NCBI GenBank assembly: GCA_030704615.1
Contig: CM060732.1
Coordinates: forward strand, 7,192,001 to 7,256,000
Origin: Takakia lepidozioides
Taxonomy: Eukaryota; Plantae; Bryophyta
DNA: 64,000 nucleotides
Reading direction: 5' to 3'
Below the pieces are notes generated by a model. That model saw only the letters and a list, made by a program, of their open reading frames with translations, had not been told where the DNA came from and did no database searches. The position numbers were made by a program, and so were the translations under genes. Shown here piece by piece: positions 43,997-57,460 of the stretch (the stretch's first letter is position 1; each line of letters starts with the position of its first letter).

Positions 43997-46900
43997 GGGT
44001 CTTCTTCTCTTTCTCCGGCCTGGGGAACATGTGGGTATCCCTAACAGTGGGATCGGAGTTCCATATCTGTAGCCACTTCACCTTCTGTTCTAAAGACACA
44101 ATGGCAGTAGACAACCTGTGTAACTTCTTCTGGGCCATCTCTGGCTTGCCTGGCTTGTTGTAATGGTTTTTCACCTCCAGAAGAAACTGCGATCCGAATG
44201 ATGGGTCGGCAATTCTCAACTGCTTAACAAAAGCACTCATAATAGTCCTTCTTGTGGCGGTCATCTCTTTCTTGATGTGACTTTCAACCCCCTTTGTTGT
44301 CCTTCTCTCCTCAAGGGTAGAGCTGTAGTATTCCAGTTTGTCACGCTCTCCTGCATCTGCAATGTCTTGCTGCAAAGGAATGCACGAGAGTTGAATCAAC
44401 CCAAGGGCAAGGGAAACAAACAGAAATAAACATGTGGAAGCAGGAATATCAAAAGGCCAGATGGCGGAAGATGTATCTCACCGCGTACATATACTCCATG
44501 AAAGCCTCACGGGTCAACGAGTACCACGTTTCTGATGTCTTGGAGCTTTCACACTTCTTGTACGTCTCTGCTGAAAGGATGGTCTTGAAGTTGGTCAAGG
44601 GCATCTGCCCGATCCTTTGTATCATGTACAGTGTGTGAACCAGACTTGTTTTGACATGCAATGTCTCCGTCCCTCTGCAGAATGATATATGAAAGTCAGA
44701 ATGAAAATGAAGAACCGTCAACAGAGGACTGGAACAAAAGAACCACGGAACCACAACTGGAACATATAGAATGAGAAACCAACCTGTCCACATCATTCAT
44801 TGCCGTCAGAAGACCCATCATGTTCCCGTCACAATCCAGCACCATCGATCAAACAGAGTAATGCCACTCTTCCTCCTGTGAGTGTAGCCTCCCAATGACA
44901 GCCATCCATGCAAGCAACCGGTGGTTGCCATCCCATACGTGAAACATCTTCCTTGAGAGTGCCTGGGTGGAAGGTTTCCTGGAGAGAAGAAGTTCAAAGG
45001 ATTCGTTCACTTATCTCCAAATGGGGTCCCAGGAGTCCACGATTGACTCATCCACAAGGAGCTCATTGCCTCTGGAATCCTTTGTAGAAACGTAAAATAC
45101 TGCAGATCCATCCAAATACCCATGAACAAACTCGGCCTCCAGCTTCAGGATGTCCTTGATGAGGGGTGGACGAACGACGGGCATGGAAACCAACCTACAC
45201 AGGGGGATCTTCAACCTCCCACCCGGGGCAAGCATACTTTGCACCACAAGCTGAGAGTTTACCTTCTGACCCCCCAGCATCTCAGCGGCATTGCTTTCAT
45301 AGAACTCATCGTCCACATCAGCAATGATCTCCTTCCCCTCCCCCGAAGGGTTCTCATCCGCCACCATTTGCATCTTCTCCTACACGGTTGTTCATTCAAA
45401 CTGATATATGAGAGAGGCAAGAACATATGGTGTTTTGAGCATGGCAGGTAGGCCCGACGTGGCACAATTTCACATGAGAAAACAAGCATTGTGCGGGCCA
45501 AAAACAGTGTGCGTTGCCGCACACTGTTTGAGCTTCCAATAATGGGTGATTTGAACATGGCACACTGGCCATGAGTGGTCTATTTTCAAATCTAAAATCA
45601 GGCAGAGAGTGGGGAACAGACAGTGTGCGTTGCTGCACACTACTTGAGCTTCCAAATAGGGGTGTTTTCAACATGACATTAGGCCCTAGGTGGCACATTT
45701 CCACATAAAAAAACATGCAGAGAGGGGGCCACACACTGTTCGTTCTTCCAACTATGGGTGTTTTGAGCATCCATATTGCCCGTGTTTCGCCCAATTTCAC
45801 ATTAAAAAAACAAGCAGAGATGGGGCCCAAAACATTTGAGTTTCCAATTAGGGGTGGTTTGAACATGGCATAGTGGCCCTATTCTGACGATTTTTAAATA
45901 AAAAAACAGGCAGTGAAGGGGGCACAAACAGTGGCCCCTGTGTGCACGATTTCCAAATGAAAAAACAATGACAAGGGGGGCTCAAACAGTGTGCGTCAAC
46001 GCACACTGTTTCAGCTGCCACGTAAATGTGGATTGAACCTGACAGAGATGACATTTCTGGCCGTAATGAAAAAGAAAAACAAGGCAAAATGGGGGCTCAA
46101 ACAGTGTGCGTTGCCGCATACTGTTTGAGCTTCCAAATAGGGGTGGAATGAACATTACAGAGAGGCCCCTGTGTGCAAAGGGGGGCTCAAACAGTGTGCG
46201 TTGCCGCATACTGTTTGAGCTTCCAAATAGGGGTGGAATGAACATTATAGAGAGGCCCCTATGTGCAAAGGGGGGCTCAAACAGTGTGCGTTAACGCACA
46301 CTGTTTGAGCTGCCACGTAAGTGTGGATTGAGCCTGACAAAGATGCCATTTGTGGCCGTTTAGAACAAGAAAAACAAGGCAAAAAACAAGGCAAAATGGG
46401 GGCTCAAACAGTGTGCGTTGCCGCACACTGTTTGAGCTTCCAAATAGGGGTGGGATGAACATTACATAGAGGCCCCTGTGTGCATGATTTTCACATGAGA
46501 AAAACAATGACAAGGGGGGCTCAAATAGTGTGCGTCAACGCACACTGTCTGAGCTTCCAATAAGGGGTGATTTGAACTTATCATAGTGGCTATGAGTGGC
46601 CGATTTTCAAATAAAAAACAGGCACTGAAGGGGCACACAGTTTGAGCTTCCCAATAGTGGTGGAATGAACCTTACAGAGAGGCCCCTGTGTGCACGAAAT
46701 AGTGTGCGTTCCCGCACAATAAAGGGTGGATTCAACATGCCAGAATGGCCCTTTCTGCAAGATTTCCAAACCAAAAAACAAGGCAAAGGTGGGCTCAAAC
46801 AGTGTGCGTTGACGCACACTGTTTGAGCTGCTACTTAAGTGTGGATTCAGCCTGTCAGAGATGCCATATGTGGCCGACTTTTACATGAATTACACAATGA

Positions 46901-48665
46901 GAAGGGGGGCTCAAACAGTGCCCGTTGACGCACACTGTTTGAGCTGCCAGCTAATTGTGGTTGTACCTCAAAAGACATGCCCTATGTGGCCGATTTTAAC
47001 ATGAAACAAACAATGAGAAGGGGGGCTCAAACAGTGTGCGTTGACGCACACTGTTTGAGCTGCCACTTATGTGTGGATTCAGCCTGTCCAAGATGCCATT
47101 TGTGGTCTATTTTTACATGAATTAAACAACGAGAAGGGGGGCTCAAACAATGTGCGTTGACGCACACTGTTTGAGCTGCTAGGATATTGTGGTTGAACCT
47201 CAGAAGAGATGCCCTATTTGGCCGATTTTAACTTGAAACACGCAATGAGAAGGGGGGCTCAAACAGTGTGCGTTGACGCACACTGTTTCAGCTGCCAGCT
47301 AATTGTGGTTGTACCTCAAAAGACATGCCTTATGTGGCCGATTTTAACATGAAACAAACAAAAAGAAGGGGGGCTCAAACAGTGTGCGTTGACGCACATT
47401 GTTTGAGCTGCCACTTAAGTGTGGATTCAGCCTGTCCAAGATGCCATTTGTGGTCGATTTTATATGAATTACACAACGAGATGTGGGGCTCAAACAGTCG
47501 ACGCACACTGTTTGAGCTGCCAGGTAATTGTGGTTGAACCTCAAAACAAATGCCCTAAGATTGCAGATTTGGACATGAAACAAACAATGAGAAGGGGGGC
47601 TCAAACAGTGTGTGTTGACGCACACTGTTTGAGCTTCCAGGTAAGTGTGGATTCAACCTGCTTGAGTGGCCCTGTGTGCACGATGTTGACGCACACTATT
47701 TGAGCTGCCAGGTAAGTTTGGATTGAACCTGACAGAGATGCCTTTTGTGGCCGATTTTAACATGAGAACATAATGTCAAGTGGGGGTGGAATGAACCTTA
47801 CAGAGAGGCCCCTGTGTGCACGATTTTCATTTGAAAAAAACAATGAGAAGGGGGGCTCAAACAGCTGACGCACACTGTTTGAGCTTCCAAATATTGGAGG
47901 ATTGAACCAGACAGACATGCCCGTTTTGGGGCCGATTTGGGTATCAAAAAACAAACATAAAGTTGGGGCTCAAGCGGCCGGCGTTGGCGCACACTGTTTG
48001 CGCTTCTTAATATGGGTCGATTGAACCAGAGAGAGATGCCGTGTGTAGGCGATTTTCATATAAAAAAAACAAGCACAAGTGGGGTCTGAAACTATGTGCG
48101 TTGCCGCACACTGATTGACATTCCAGTCTGTGGTGAATTGAACCAGACAAAGAGGCCCAAAGTGGCCGATTTTGACATCAAAAATGAAGCACAAATGTGG
48201 GTCTCAAACAGTGTGCGTTGCCGCACTATGTTTGAGCTTCCAAGTAGGTTTGGACATCACTTGTACCTTTTTCTTGGGTGCTCCAGGAGACTCCCCAATC
48301 GCCGGACACCCTTTGCGCTTCGGACTGCTCTCTACGCCGAGCATGTTCTGGAGCATCTCCCCCATTCTCTTTCCCACTATCTGCTTCTTCGTGAGGCCAA
48401 CATCAACATCATCTTCGGCGTCCGTCTCTCCCTCGGATGCAGTCTCCTCCTCACCAGTTCTTGGAAGTATGGCAGGCTGCTGTTCTTCTCTAGAATCCTG
48501 CTCTTCCATCACTAGACTTTCCTCTTTGCCCTCTTCTTCCTCCTTTTCCTCTTCGTCTACTATTTCCATCCTCATTCTATATCTGGCTCTATTCCTGTCC
48601 CTAGTGCTCGTGAAGTATAACGACTTCCTTCTCTTCTTCCTCCGCTGGAAACAAGGGCTCCCCAC
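43997..48665 (-). pseudogene. E4 accessory gene, ParB/Srx-like part only (3' part lost at the junction)
   Basis: LKIPLCRLVSMPVVRP...FYVS...KMFHVWDGNHRLLAW at ~45220-44905. Downstream exons show TWYSLT, IADPSFG and LHRLST..KWLQIWN, homologous to E2 and E3. An acidic upstream exon at ~48270-48665 is inferred. Confidence 0.78.
45400..48250. repeat. E4 array: ~116-bp units with palindrome GCTCAAACAGTGTGCGT-TG-ACGCACACTGTTTGAGC
   Basis: CTCAAAC starts at 46794, 46910, 47026, 47142, 47258 and 47374. More than 20 copies, some with deletions. Confidence 0.93.
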
Positions 48666-49599
48666 GCTGCCTCTAGAGCTCTCCAGTTTGACGTTTGCAA
48701 CAAGGGTTGCTATGGCATGTAACCAAACTAAAAATTTGACATTGTTAACCGTATTTGGATGCGGGTGTTCTCATTGTGTGCGAATGGAATTCATCCATTT
48801 CGGCGTCTTTGTATTATCCAAGAAATAAAGTGGTAGATAAAAAGTACATCCGTTGCATATACTTGTGATATATGCAGATGTACTTCGCGGCCTGCCAATA
48901 CATGGCAACCTTCTTGCATTCTTTCAAATTCGAAAGTGCCGTAGAAATCTAATGCTAGTTCAATTTCGAGCAGTACTTGCAGATTCGCAATAATTGTTAT
49001 GCTTCACATATGCATCCACGTGTGTTGTACTGCCTACCCTGCGGTTTGCATTTCGCCATCACCGTCGCAATGGGGTCATTCGGTATAAAGGGTTGTGTCA
49101 GCAATGGTCATGTGTTGCACACATTCGTGCGAGGTGTGTCCCGGAGTGTCAGTGTTTGTGTTGTGCTCTTCTGGCACAGTACAACCTCATTAGATTCGGG
49201 GTCTTCTTGTTTACTGCTCTCCAGGGTTGTTGCCGTCTTTCCATAATGGATGGTTTCATGTCATGTTCAGGGTTTGTTTTTCATCCAAATACAGCACGGC
49301 TTCTTGTGGCTTCTTGTCTTTGAAAACAATTTTTCTGGTTGGTACCCTTATTGACCTCAGTTTGTTTGTGGTGGATCCCTTTTCGAGAATTACGGGCTAT
49401 CAGTTCGGGGATTCCGTTGTGAATCGCAACTTTTGGTCAGTGTAGGAAAACATGTCCAGGGAGCGAGATAGACTCGCTCGATTTCATTCCAATGCAGGTA
49501 GTCTTCCACTCACTGCCACTGCAGACGACGATGGGTTTGCAGTTGTTCATGAGGATGAGCTGGTTACAGTGTTCCCGCTGGAATTGGGTTCTCTGCTTG

Positions 49600-51672
49600 T
49601 TCAATGACGAGGACGGGAATTTGGATTCTGGGCACTTGGAGAAACCATTGGTTGGCGAGTGCGGAAGGAAGTGGAGAGTCCTTCTAGGCACATACCGGGT
49701 CCTTGGAAAAGAGAGAAGATAATTAGCAGGATCAGTAGTTACCCCTGGCACTGCAGCATCGGTCGTGCAGCAGAAGGGCACAGTTCATGTGAAACAAGAG
49801 GTGAGCACATCCACTACATTCGTGACTCTTTCAGACTCGTCCTCGGAGGATGTTTATGAGATTCCTCCGCCAGTGCAGACTCCATTCTTGGATGATGACG
49901 AATTGCAGGAGATAACGAGTGTTATTCCGAAATTGAAAGCCCTCGCAGTGGTGCCTGGGTGCAAGAGCGAGCTGCGTTTTGTTGATTGGGAGTCCCTTCG
50001 TGTGCAACGGGTTCAATACGTGCCAGCAGAGTTTGATGGGGACATCTTGTTTGAGCTCGAGTTGGAGGATTGGTTGTTTTTCTGGCACTTCAGGTACAGA
50101 CAGTGGGGAGCTTTCATGAGGACGGTAAGCCTCTTCAATCCCAGAAACACAAATTTAACTTTGCATCGTGCCTGTTCGTTTGGGGTTGTTGGATTGTCAC
50201 TTGCAGAACCTCTTCCATTTCCTTTCGTTCCTCACATTTCCATGCAATGCCTCCTACAGGACATGTCATTGGAGGACTTGGCCGACATGCCATCCTGTAA
50301 TTTGGCGGAGACTGTTCACAACGCCTGGATGCAGCAGTCTACCAAAGCAAGATGTGACTTGTATGTGGCCATTGCTGATGACATGGTGTGGGCACTTACA
50401 CAACAAACCAGGTACCGCAATTTTCTGATGGGACGGGGCGGAGGCAAGGGCCCTGATACGTCTTTGTTGATGCTAAGGGCTGCGAGTAGGTCCGGAGACC
50501 CATCAAAGATGGCTAGAGCTTTGAACAGATGCACTGAAGGCTCCCCTTTGCAATCCAGGGTCCCCCATTTGGAAGGCGAGGAAAGATTTGGATCATGCAA
50601 AAGGAAATTGAACACTCCTCCAGGGTCGGATGGAGATTCCCATCGGCCGGACAGGGTCAATTTCTCTGTACCAAAGGTGTCTCCAGTGCAGACTAAGTCG
50701 TGTGCCCGCCCCTTCCCAGGTGGGTCCTCCTCCAGTGGAGCAGGTGTAGATCATGCAAACATAGCAGCATGAATCCCATTGGAGGAGGTGGTGGCCATGG
50801 TGCATGAATCTGATTGCATTGATAGTGAGTGGCATATAGAACGCACCCCACCAGGATCTAGAGTGGCTTGCATGGCAATTCGGACCCCCTCTTTCAAGAA
50901 ATGCAAATAAAAAATATGCAAAGGCTCTAGGGGGACTCCAGCTCCAACATTCACAGGGTTGTTCCGACCTTATCATAGTGGGGAGTCAAAGGACCACAAG
51001 TTTTGGTTATGCCCAGACGATATGGCACGATGCGTCAAGGGAACAGTTTGTCCTTCGGTGATAATGAAGCCCCCTCCCCCCGCAATTTGGCCTGTCAAAC
51101 TTGGGACGTCGCTGTCATCAACCGAGATAAGCATGCTGGAGGAGGGAGGGTTCTGTCTTGCACGGTCCCGGGTGGTGCCCTCATGCACTGTCGGCACAGA
51201 TGTGCCACATGCTCCGGCAATGCCTCCACCCGGTGCCGACTCCCACCCAACAAAAAGAGATGGAAAAACAGTGCGCCGTGTCGCTTCGGGTGCAGATCAC
51301 GAATGCAAGATGGAATCGGCTAGAATTTTGCAGGCTCGGGTGACTCGTATCACCGAAGTCCCTGCCCCGGGGTATGGATGGATTTACACAGTGCTGTCTA
51401 TTGGCTCAGTTCTTCATGGCAAAGAATATCAGGTTACCGTGGGGAATTTCCCTACGTGCACTTGTCCGGATTTTGTAACGATGCGTGAGGGCGCTCTCGG
51501 CATGAGAGGGAAGTGGGTCCCCTGCAAGCATCAATATTACATATACCTTGTAATTATGTGTTGCGACGGTAAGAGAGACCAATTCATTCACCAAGCCACA
51601 CTAGGCTACGGAGAAGTCATCACCCTTCTGCAGCGGGACACCTCACGTAGGGCTCTGCCAAATTCTCTTTGA
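49600..51672 (+). pseudogene. E4 MULE transposase with internal deletion of the GCM-like domain and most of the DDE core
   Basis: Colinear with E0 except that FDGDILFEL is joined directly to ELEDWLFFWHFRYRQWG at ~50058. Retains CNLAETVH and SWIM CTCPDF...PCKH. Contains stops. Confidence 0.88.
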
Positions 51673-53368
51673 ACACATACGAGCCATGCCCGCTTCCCAT
51701 GCTGGTTTCCAGGTTAAGTCTTTGCATTTAGGACAAACACATACATTTCGTTCATGGAACCAGGACAAATGCACATGCCAATCATTGTAAGCGTCTATCT
51801 GTGAATTGAAATAAAGTGTGTCAATCATTCTGAGCTCAAATCTGCCATATTTTCATATTCCTCTTTTTGTGCAGGCATTGCAGACATGGTGCATGGTGGC
51901 CCCCTTTGTTTTGTCCATGGTAATAGGCCCTCTTCCTGCAATCCTCGCCTATAGGACCTGCTTCTCCAGCAGATTTGTGCCCCTCACGCTTCCCTGAAGC
52001 GTGAGCTCAGCTCACGCTTTGTAGCTACAATGTGAGCTCAGCTCCCAGGCTCACGGGGCTGGGCTCACGCCGTAGCTACGCTGTGTTCCATCACAGCTCG
52101 CTGACCAGCTTCAAAAACATGATACATCTTTAGTTTCTTGTTTACTAGTTCAGGACAACCATTAATCCTATGAACATTCGGTTTTTTCTTATCTTTGTAA
52201 ATTATGTGGCAGTAGATACATTTGAATGGTTTCCTATGGTGATCACCAGGTTCTTGAACGCGGGCCTTGGAGTGCGCCTCGCAAATGAGGTCGTCTCACT
52301 TGTCAGTATCATATTCCTCATGGTATTGGCGCCTATTCTCTGTCATAGTGCTTCGCTTCACCATAGTGATGAGCTAATGAGGTCTGCAAAATGCAAAGCA
52401 AAAGGATCGTGGTCATTACACACCTGTTACAGCCAATATGTCATCACAAAGCCAAATACATGGAGTTTGAATGCCACGAACCCTAGGTAATCCTCTGCTT
52501 GATGCTCCTGCTGCTGGTTTGCTGATCGTTGGTCGTATGATCACAACACAAACATGTGAAGTTGTCGCAAGTGTGTTCTCAGAAGCTTTGCTTGCACATT
52601 CTCTCCATTGATGAGGTTCGAAGCGACGCCACCTATGATCATTCTCCTCCACAATAGCATGCAAGACGACGCCATTACATGGATGAAAGAGATCATGGAG
52701 AGTAGTGATGGCCATTGTCACGCTGTGAGGGCACGATGGAAGTGGAGGATGCCAAGCGACTGGACAGAGACCGCTTCCAGACATTTCACACGTGGGTGCC
52801 ATCATTGCAATCGCGTGTAGGAAACTGGAGAAAGGCAGTGGTTATGGGATGTGGGCGGTGATCTGAGAGCCAATGAGAGGATCGAGATCATTCAACCTGC
52901 TGGTTATGGGGTTATGGCGTCGGGTATTGAACCGCGGTCGGCAAAGCGACCGCGGAGGGTCAGTCGCCCAGGGGAGGCCCGGGTGGGCCGTCACTGGGGG
53001 TAGCTGTCAGGGCATTCAACTCCCCGGGCACTTCTATTACTTGGCGGAATTAGGCCCCGGCCACACTGCGCTGCTAGCATAGAACACCTGCTAACGGCTT
53101 AGCAGGCCCGTTTTCCTAACAGCTGCTCCAACTAACACAATGCTTGCTGCACTAGAGTTTTAGCTTAACAGGTTTTAGTGCGTAATGTTAGTTTTAAACA
53201 CACGTTTGTCTGCCCGTGCCCGACTTCCTCGCCACTTTCCCTCGCCTCCTTCCTTTATGCCATAGCCAAAGGACTGAGGAGACAAAAGGAGTAGCGATGA
53301 GACTATGAAGAGTTGGGTGCTTGCATTCGGAGGACTCGTTGCGCGCGCGAGAGATACTATCTTTTGAG

Positions 53369-53903
53369 GGGGCTGAAAATCCATGAGCAGTGAGCAGTGA
53401 GTAGGTTTTGCCGAACGTCACCGAACTGCCCGGACCTGTTTGCCGAACCACTTCCAGGTTCGGGATAGGTTCGAGATAGGTTAGGAAAAGGTTCGGGATA
53501 TAGAATATTCCCATTTTGGATTCCAAATGAGATTTTTACTAGATTTATATTGCATATAACCCCTCAAATGTTGAAGGTTCGGCACCGAACACCATTTCAT
53601 ACACTAAAAAAAAACTTTAAGGGGGAAAAAAAAAAAAAAAAAAAAACTGTTTTTTAGGTGCCGGCACTATTCGGAGCCAAACAGTGCCATAGGTTCGAAA
53701 GTGGTCCAAACTGGTTCGGCATAGGCTCGGCATACGTTCGGAAGAATATTCCTCGACAGAATATTACTCCACAGGCTCGGCACTGGTTCAGAAGAATATT
53801 CTTGGATATTTGATATATTCCATGAATATTCCCTTAAGTTCGGCACTGTTCGGCAAAACCTGCTCACTGCTCATGGAGTTCTGCTCATGGAAAACTCAAC
53901 CTC
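53369..53903. mobile_element. MULE-type MITE (535 bp) nested in the Harbinger element
   Basis: TSD TCTTTTGAG at 53360-53368 and 53904-53912. Inverted ends CCATGAGCAGTGAG..AGGTTTTGCCGAAC. Termini GGGGCTG and CAACCTC resemble those of E1-E3. Confidence 0.88.
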
Positions 53904-55583
53904 TCTTTTGAGAAAGACACATTGTGCGCGGTGCGGGCGGGCCGTGGTCCAATAAATCTCCAACTAATATTTGGGCCACCCCAAATGCTGACTTGAAAAT
54001 GCCTATTTGGAAAGGATTGAGCCATGCCACAATAGAGGTCTTGAGAAGTTTGATTGGTGATGATGGTACAGGTGCAGTGGTCACCATTTCTGTTGTATTT
54101 GTTTTTGAGCTGTAGTATCGACTGGATTGTCCAGCTCTGGAGTGAAGAGCTGATACTAAAAGATTGTTGTTCTTTTTTAGCTCTTTCTATGGCCTGTATG
54201 CCTCCAGTCTGGCATGTCAGAAGGGGAAACCGTGACAGCATCCTCCCAAACCATTACCTCTCAATTGGTTGAGAGCACTTGAATGTTGGTCCACTCAGTG
54301 AGGTGCACTTGGTTCAGCAAATGTGCATAGAGTTATGTAGTCCCTCTTCAGCTCCCTCTCAGGTCCCCATGGGAGAGGAGAGATTGGATTTGCATGGGTG
54401 ATTGCTGAAGAATTATGTGGCTATCTTCCAAGACCTAAAATGATCACAGGGTGTAAAAGGTAGGAATGGTAAGTTCCTCACAGTTTCAGTTCTTTGCAGG
54501 GGCTAATGAATCCACGGATGATTGCTTGGTGTGCTTAACCTTGGGATTTAGAGTAGATTCAAACCTCATATAGATGTGTCTCTCTTTCTTAGTAATGCTT
54601 TGCTTTGTGTAATGTGATTGCAAATCTTGAAAATAAGATTTTGTTGTAAGTGAGCGCTTGCCCCAGCAGCATAAAACGAGCGTGTCTCTGAACAGGCACT
54701 TGGCACAACTCGCATATGGGCCTTTGGAAATGCTAGTAGTAATGATGAAACCAAGCCAAAGCTCCCATCATCCATGTTGACAAACACCTATCTATAAAGT
54801 AATGTTTCATCATATTGCCTCCAGGCGACAGTGTAGCTAGATGATTTGCACCAGAGTGGCTCCTGGCAGAGATGATCTATCACAATCAAATGTGCCAGTC
54901 TTTCACAGTCACAATTGTTCATCATGCATGTAAGAGAATTTGAGATGTCGCGTGCACATAAAATGCGGGTTTGAAAATTAAATGTTGGGACTATGCAGTG
55001 TCCATTTAGTGCAAATGTCCATAGTAGCTTTGTGGCTTCATTCCACAGGAGGCCTGCCCAAACATAGCTTTCAGATGCCAAGAGCTAAGTTAATTACCCC
55101 TTGAGCACTGGGATGTTATTCCAGAAATTGACCCTGGCAGGTGCTACAAGAAGCTCAAGCAACTTTGGCACGCTGAATGTACATCAATTCTGCTTTATGT
55201 AATTCAAGTGTAGTTATTCTATTCCCTATTCTAGTTGTACAACATATGTACTACTCACCAAGAAGCCTTTGCGTAAGTCTTGGTCATGACGATAATAACA
55301 CTTGGGTTGCTGGTCTTATGTGCACGTGCAGCCTCAAGAACATTCGATCTCTTAACTGCTGCTGGAATCTTTGGAGCTACTTCTGTTCTTAATGGTAGCG
55401 CCAGAACTCCTGGCACCTGTATGTAAGCACCAGCCATGGACTATGAGAACCATCTCATTAGTGAACCCATCCACATGCTAACCAAGGATTGCAAAATGGA
55501 GGTGGACTTCAGGCAATACGACTTGGGGTCTTGGTACTGGTAGTAAAGCCTTTGATGTTAAAGTTTATTTAGGGACAGTATAT

Positions 55584-57460
55584 TCAGAACTGCTTCTTCA
55601 TATCCTCGAAAAGCTTGCCAGCCTCTTCCCATCTGGCTGCTCTTCCTAAGCCATGGATGAGAGAGTTATATGAAATCACATCAGGTACACAGTCTTTTGC
55701 CTTCATTTCATGGAAAAGCTTGCAAGCATCATCCACCCTACCCACTTTACCAAGGGCATCAATCAGGGAGTTGAAAGTAACCATGTCTGGCACACAACTT
55801 TCTGCCTCCATTTCCTTGAGAAGCTTGCAAGCCTCGTCCAAGCGACCTGCTTTTGCCCGGCCATTGATTAAAAAACTATAGGTTACAACATCTGGTGTAC
55901 AATAATTGACTTTCATATCCACAAGAAGGGCATTTGCCTCCATCAAATCCCCCACTTTCCCAAAGCCTGCAATGAGAGTGTTGTATGTGACCCGCACTGG
56001 GGGCGCACCATTCTCTTTCATCTCCTTGAAAAATTCCCGGGCCTCATCCATCCTGCCCACCTTGCTGAGAGCATCAATTATAGCACCATAAGTGATAATA
56101 TCAGGTTGACGCCCCTTCTGCTTCATTTCCTCAAAAATCTTGCATGCTTTGAATGCATTTCCAGACTCCCCTAAGTCAGTGATGAGAGAACTGTAGGTTA
56201 CTACATCAGGCACACACCCATGCTCTTCCATGTCTTCAAGGAACTTGCAAGCCTGTTTCGATCGGCCCACCTTGCCAAGGTTATAGATGAGGGTATTGTA
56301 GGTAAAATTGTCTAGAAAACATCCCTTCTTCCTCGTTTCCTCAAGTAGCCTGCACGCAGCAACCAAGTCTCCTGCTTGCCCTAGACCATTGATAAGAGAG
56401 TTGTAGGTGACCACATCCGGAGCATATCCCTGCCCCTTCATCTCTTCCACAAGCTTGCAAGCGTCATCTAGTTTCCCAGCCTTCCCAAGGCTACTGAGCA
56501 AAGAGTTGTATATGACTAGATTGGGACGATAACCCCTCTGTTTCATCTCCTTAAAAACATGGACAGACTGCTCAAACTGGCTGGCCTTGCCAAGACCATT
56601 GATGAGACAGCTGTATGTCGCAACATCTGGAACACAGCCTGACTCCTTCATTTCTTCAAAAATTTGCACACTTGAGACCAGTGCCCTGCTTTGCCTAGGG
56701 CATTTAGAAGACTGTTGTAAGTCACACATTTGGGGCTGATCCCTTCTGAGTCATGTGCTGAAACAGATTTCTAGCATCCTCAATTTTCCCTTCCTTGCCG
56801 AGACTATCAATCATGGCGTTGAATGTGATGATGTTGGGAGAGAAACCCTTTCGACCCATTTCTCCCAACAGTATGCTGGCAACCCCCACTCTCTTAGCGT
56901 GGCGGAAGCCATGAATTAGCAGACTGAAAGTGTAGGCATTTGGCAAGCAATCCATCTTGGACATTTGGCGGTATGTGCGGAAGGCTGTATGGCAGTAGCC
57001 CCCCTGGAAAAGCAACTCAATGAGAAGATTATATGCATTTGTATCAGGCCAGCACCCTAGACACCACGACTTACGGAATATAAGGAGTGCCTCCAAAGGC
57101 TTCTTAGCTCTCCCATAACTCAGAAGAATCATACGTAGAGTACCTGCTGTCACCTTAAAACCTCTTCTTCTCATCTCCTCCAACAAGTCTAGAAGGGATT
57201 CAGGCTCTTTGGCATGAGACAATCTCTGGATTATCAGATTGTAGGCATTGGCCGTATGTTTATATTCTATCTGCTCTCTAACCCACTTGAAGAAGCCAAA
57301 GGCTGACCTTATATCTTTCTGACGCCTCAAAACCTCCTCAACCACATAGGGCGTGAGTGCCAAGTTTAGCTCCCTGAGTGCTTCAGCTGTCCTGGGTCCC
57401 CACCTTGCTTGATCAAGTGCCACATTGATTCTCTTGACAAGCCCTGCCCCAAGTTACGTA
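55584..57460 (-). pseudogene. P-class pentatricopeptide repeat (PPR) protein, frameshifted
   Basis: Tandem 35-aa repeats of the type PDVVTYNSLINGLGKAG..EEM...G. Typical N-terminal FFKW...YKH motif. Frameshifts near 56722 and 56675. Intronless. Confidence 0.92.

Larger units (their letters stand above)
43997..52085 (+). mobile_element. E4: large MULE of a third subfamily (related to E0), left part deleted
   Basis: ParB-like gene (-), intronic palindrome array, transposase (+), GCTCACG-rich terminus ending GCTGTG at 52085. Confidence 0.78.

Noticed and set aside
53904-55500. Short ORFs inside the Harbinger element as further named gene fragments
   Set aside because: Some look protein-like, but I cannot assign any family from the sequence alone.
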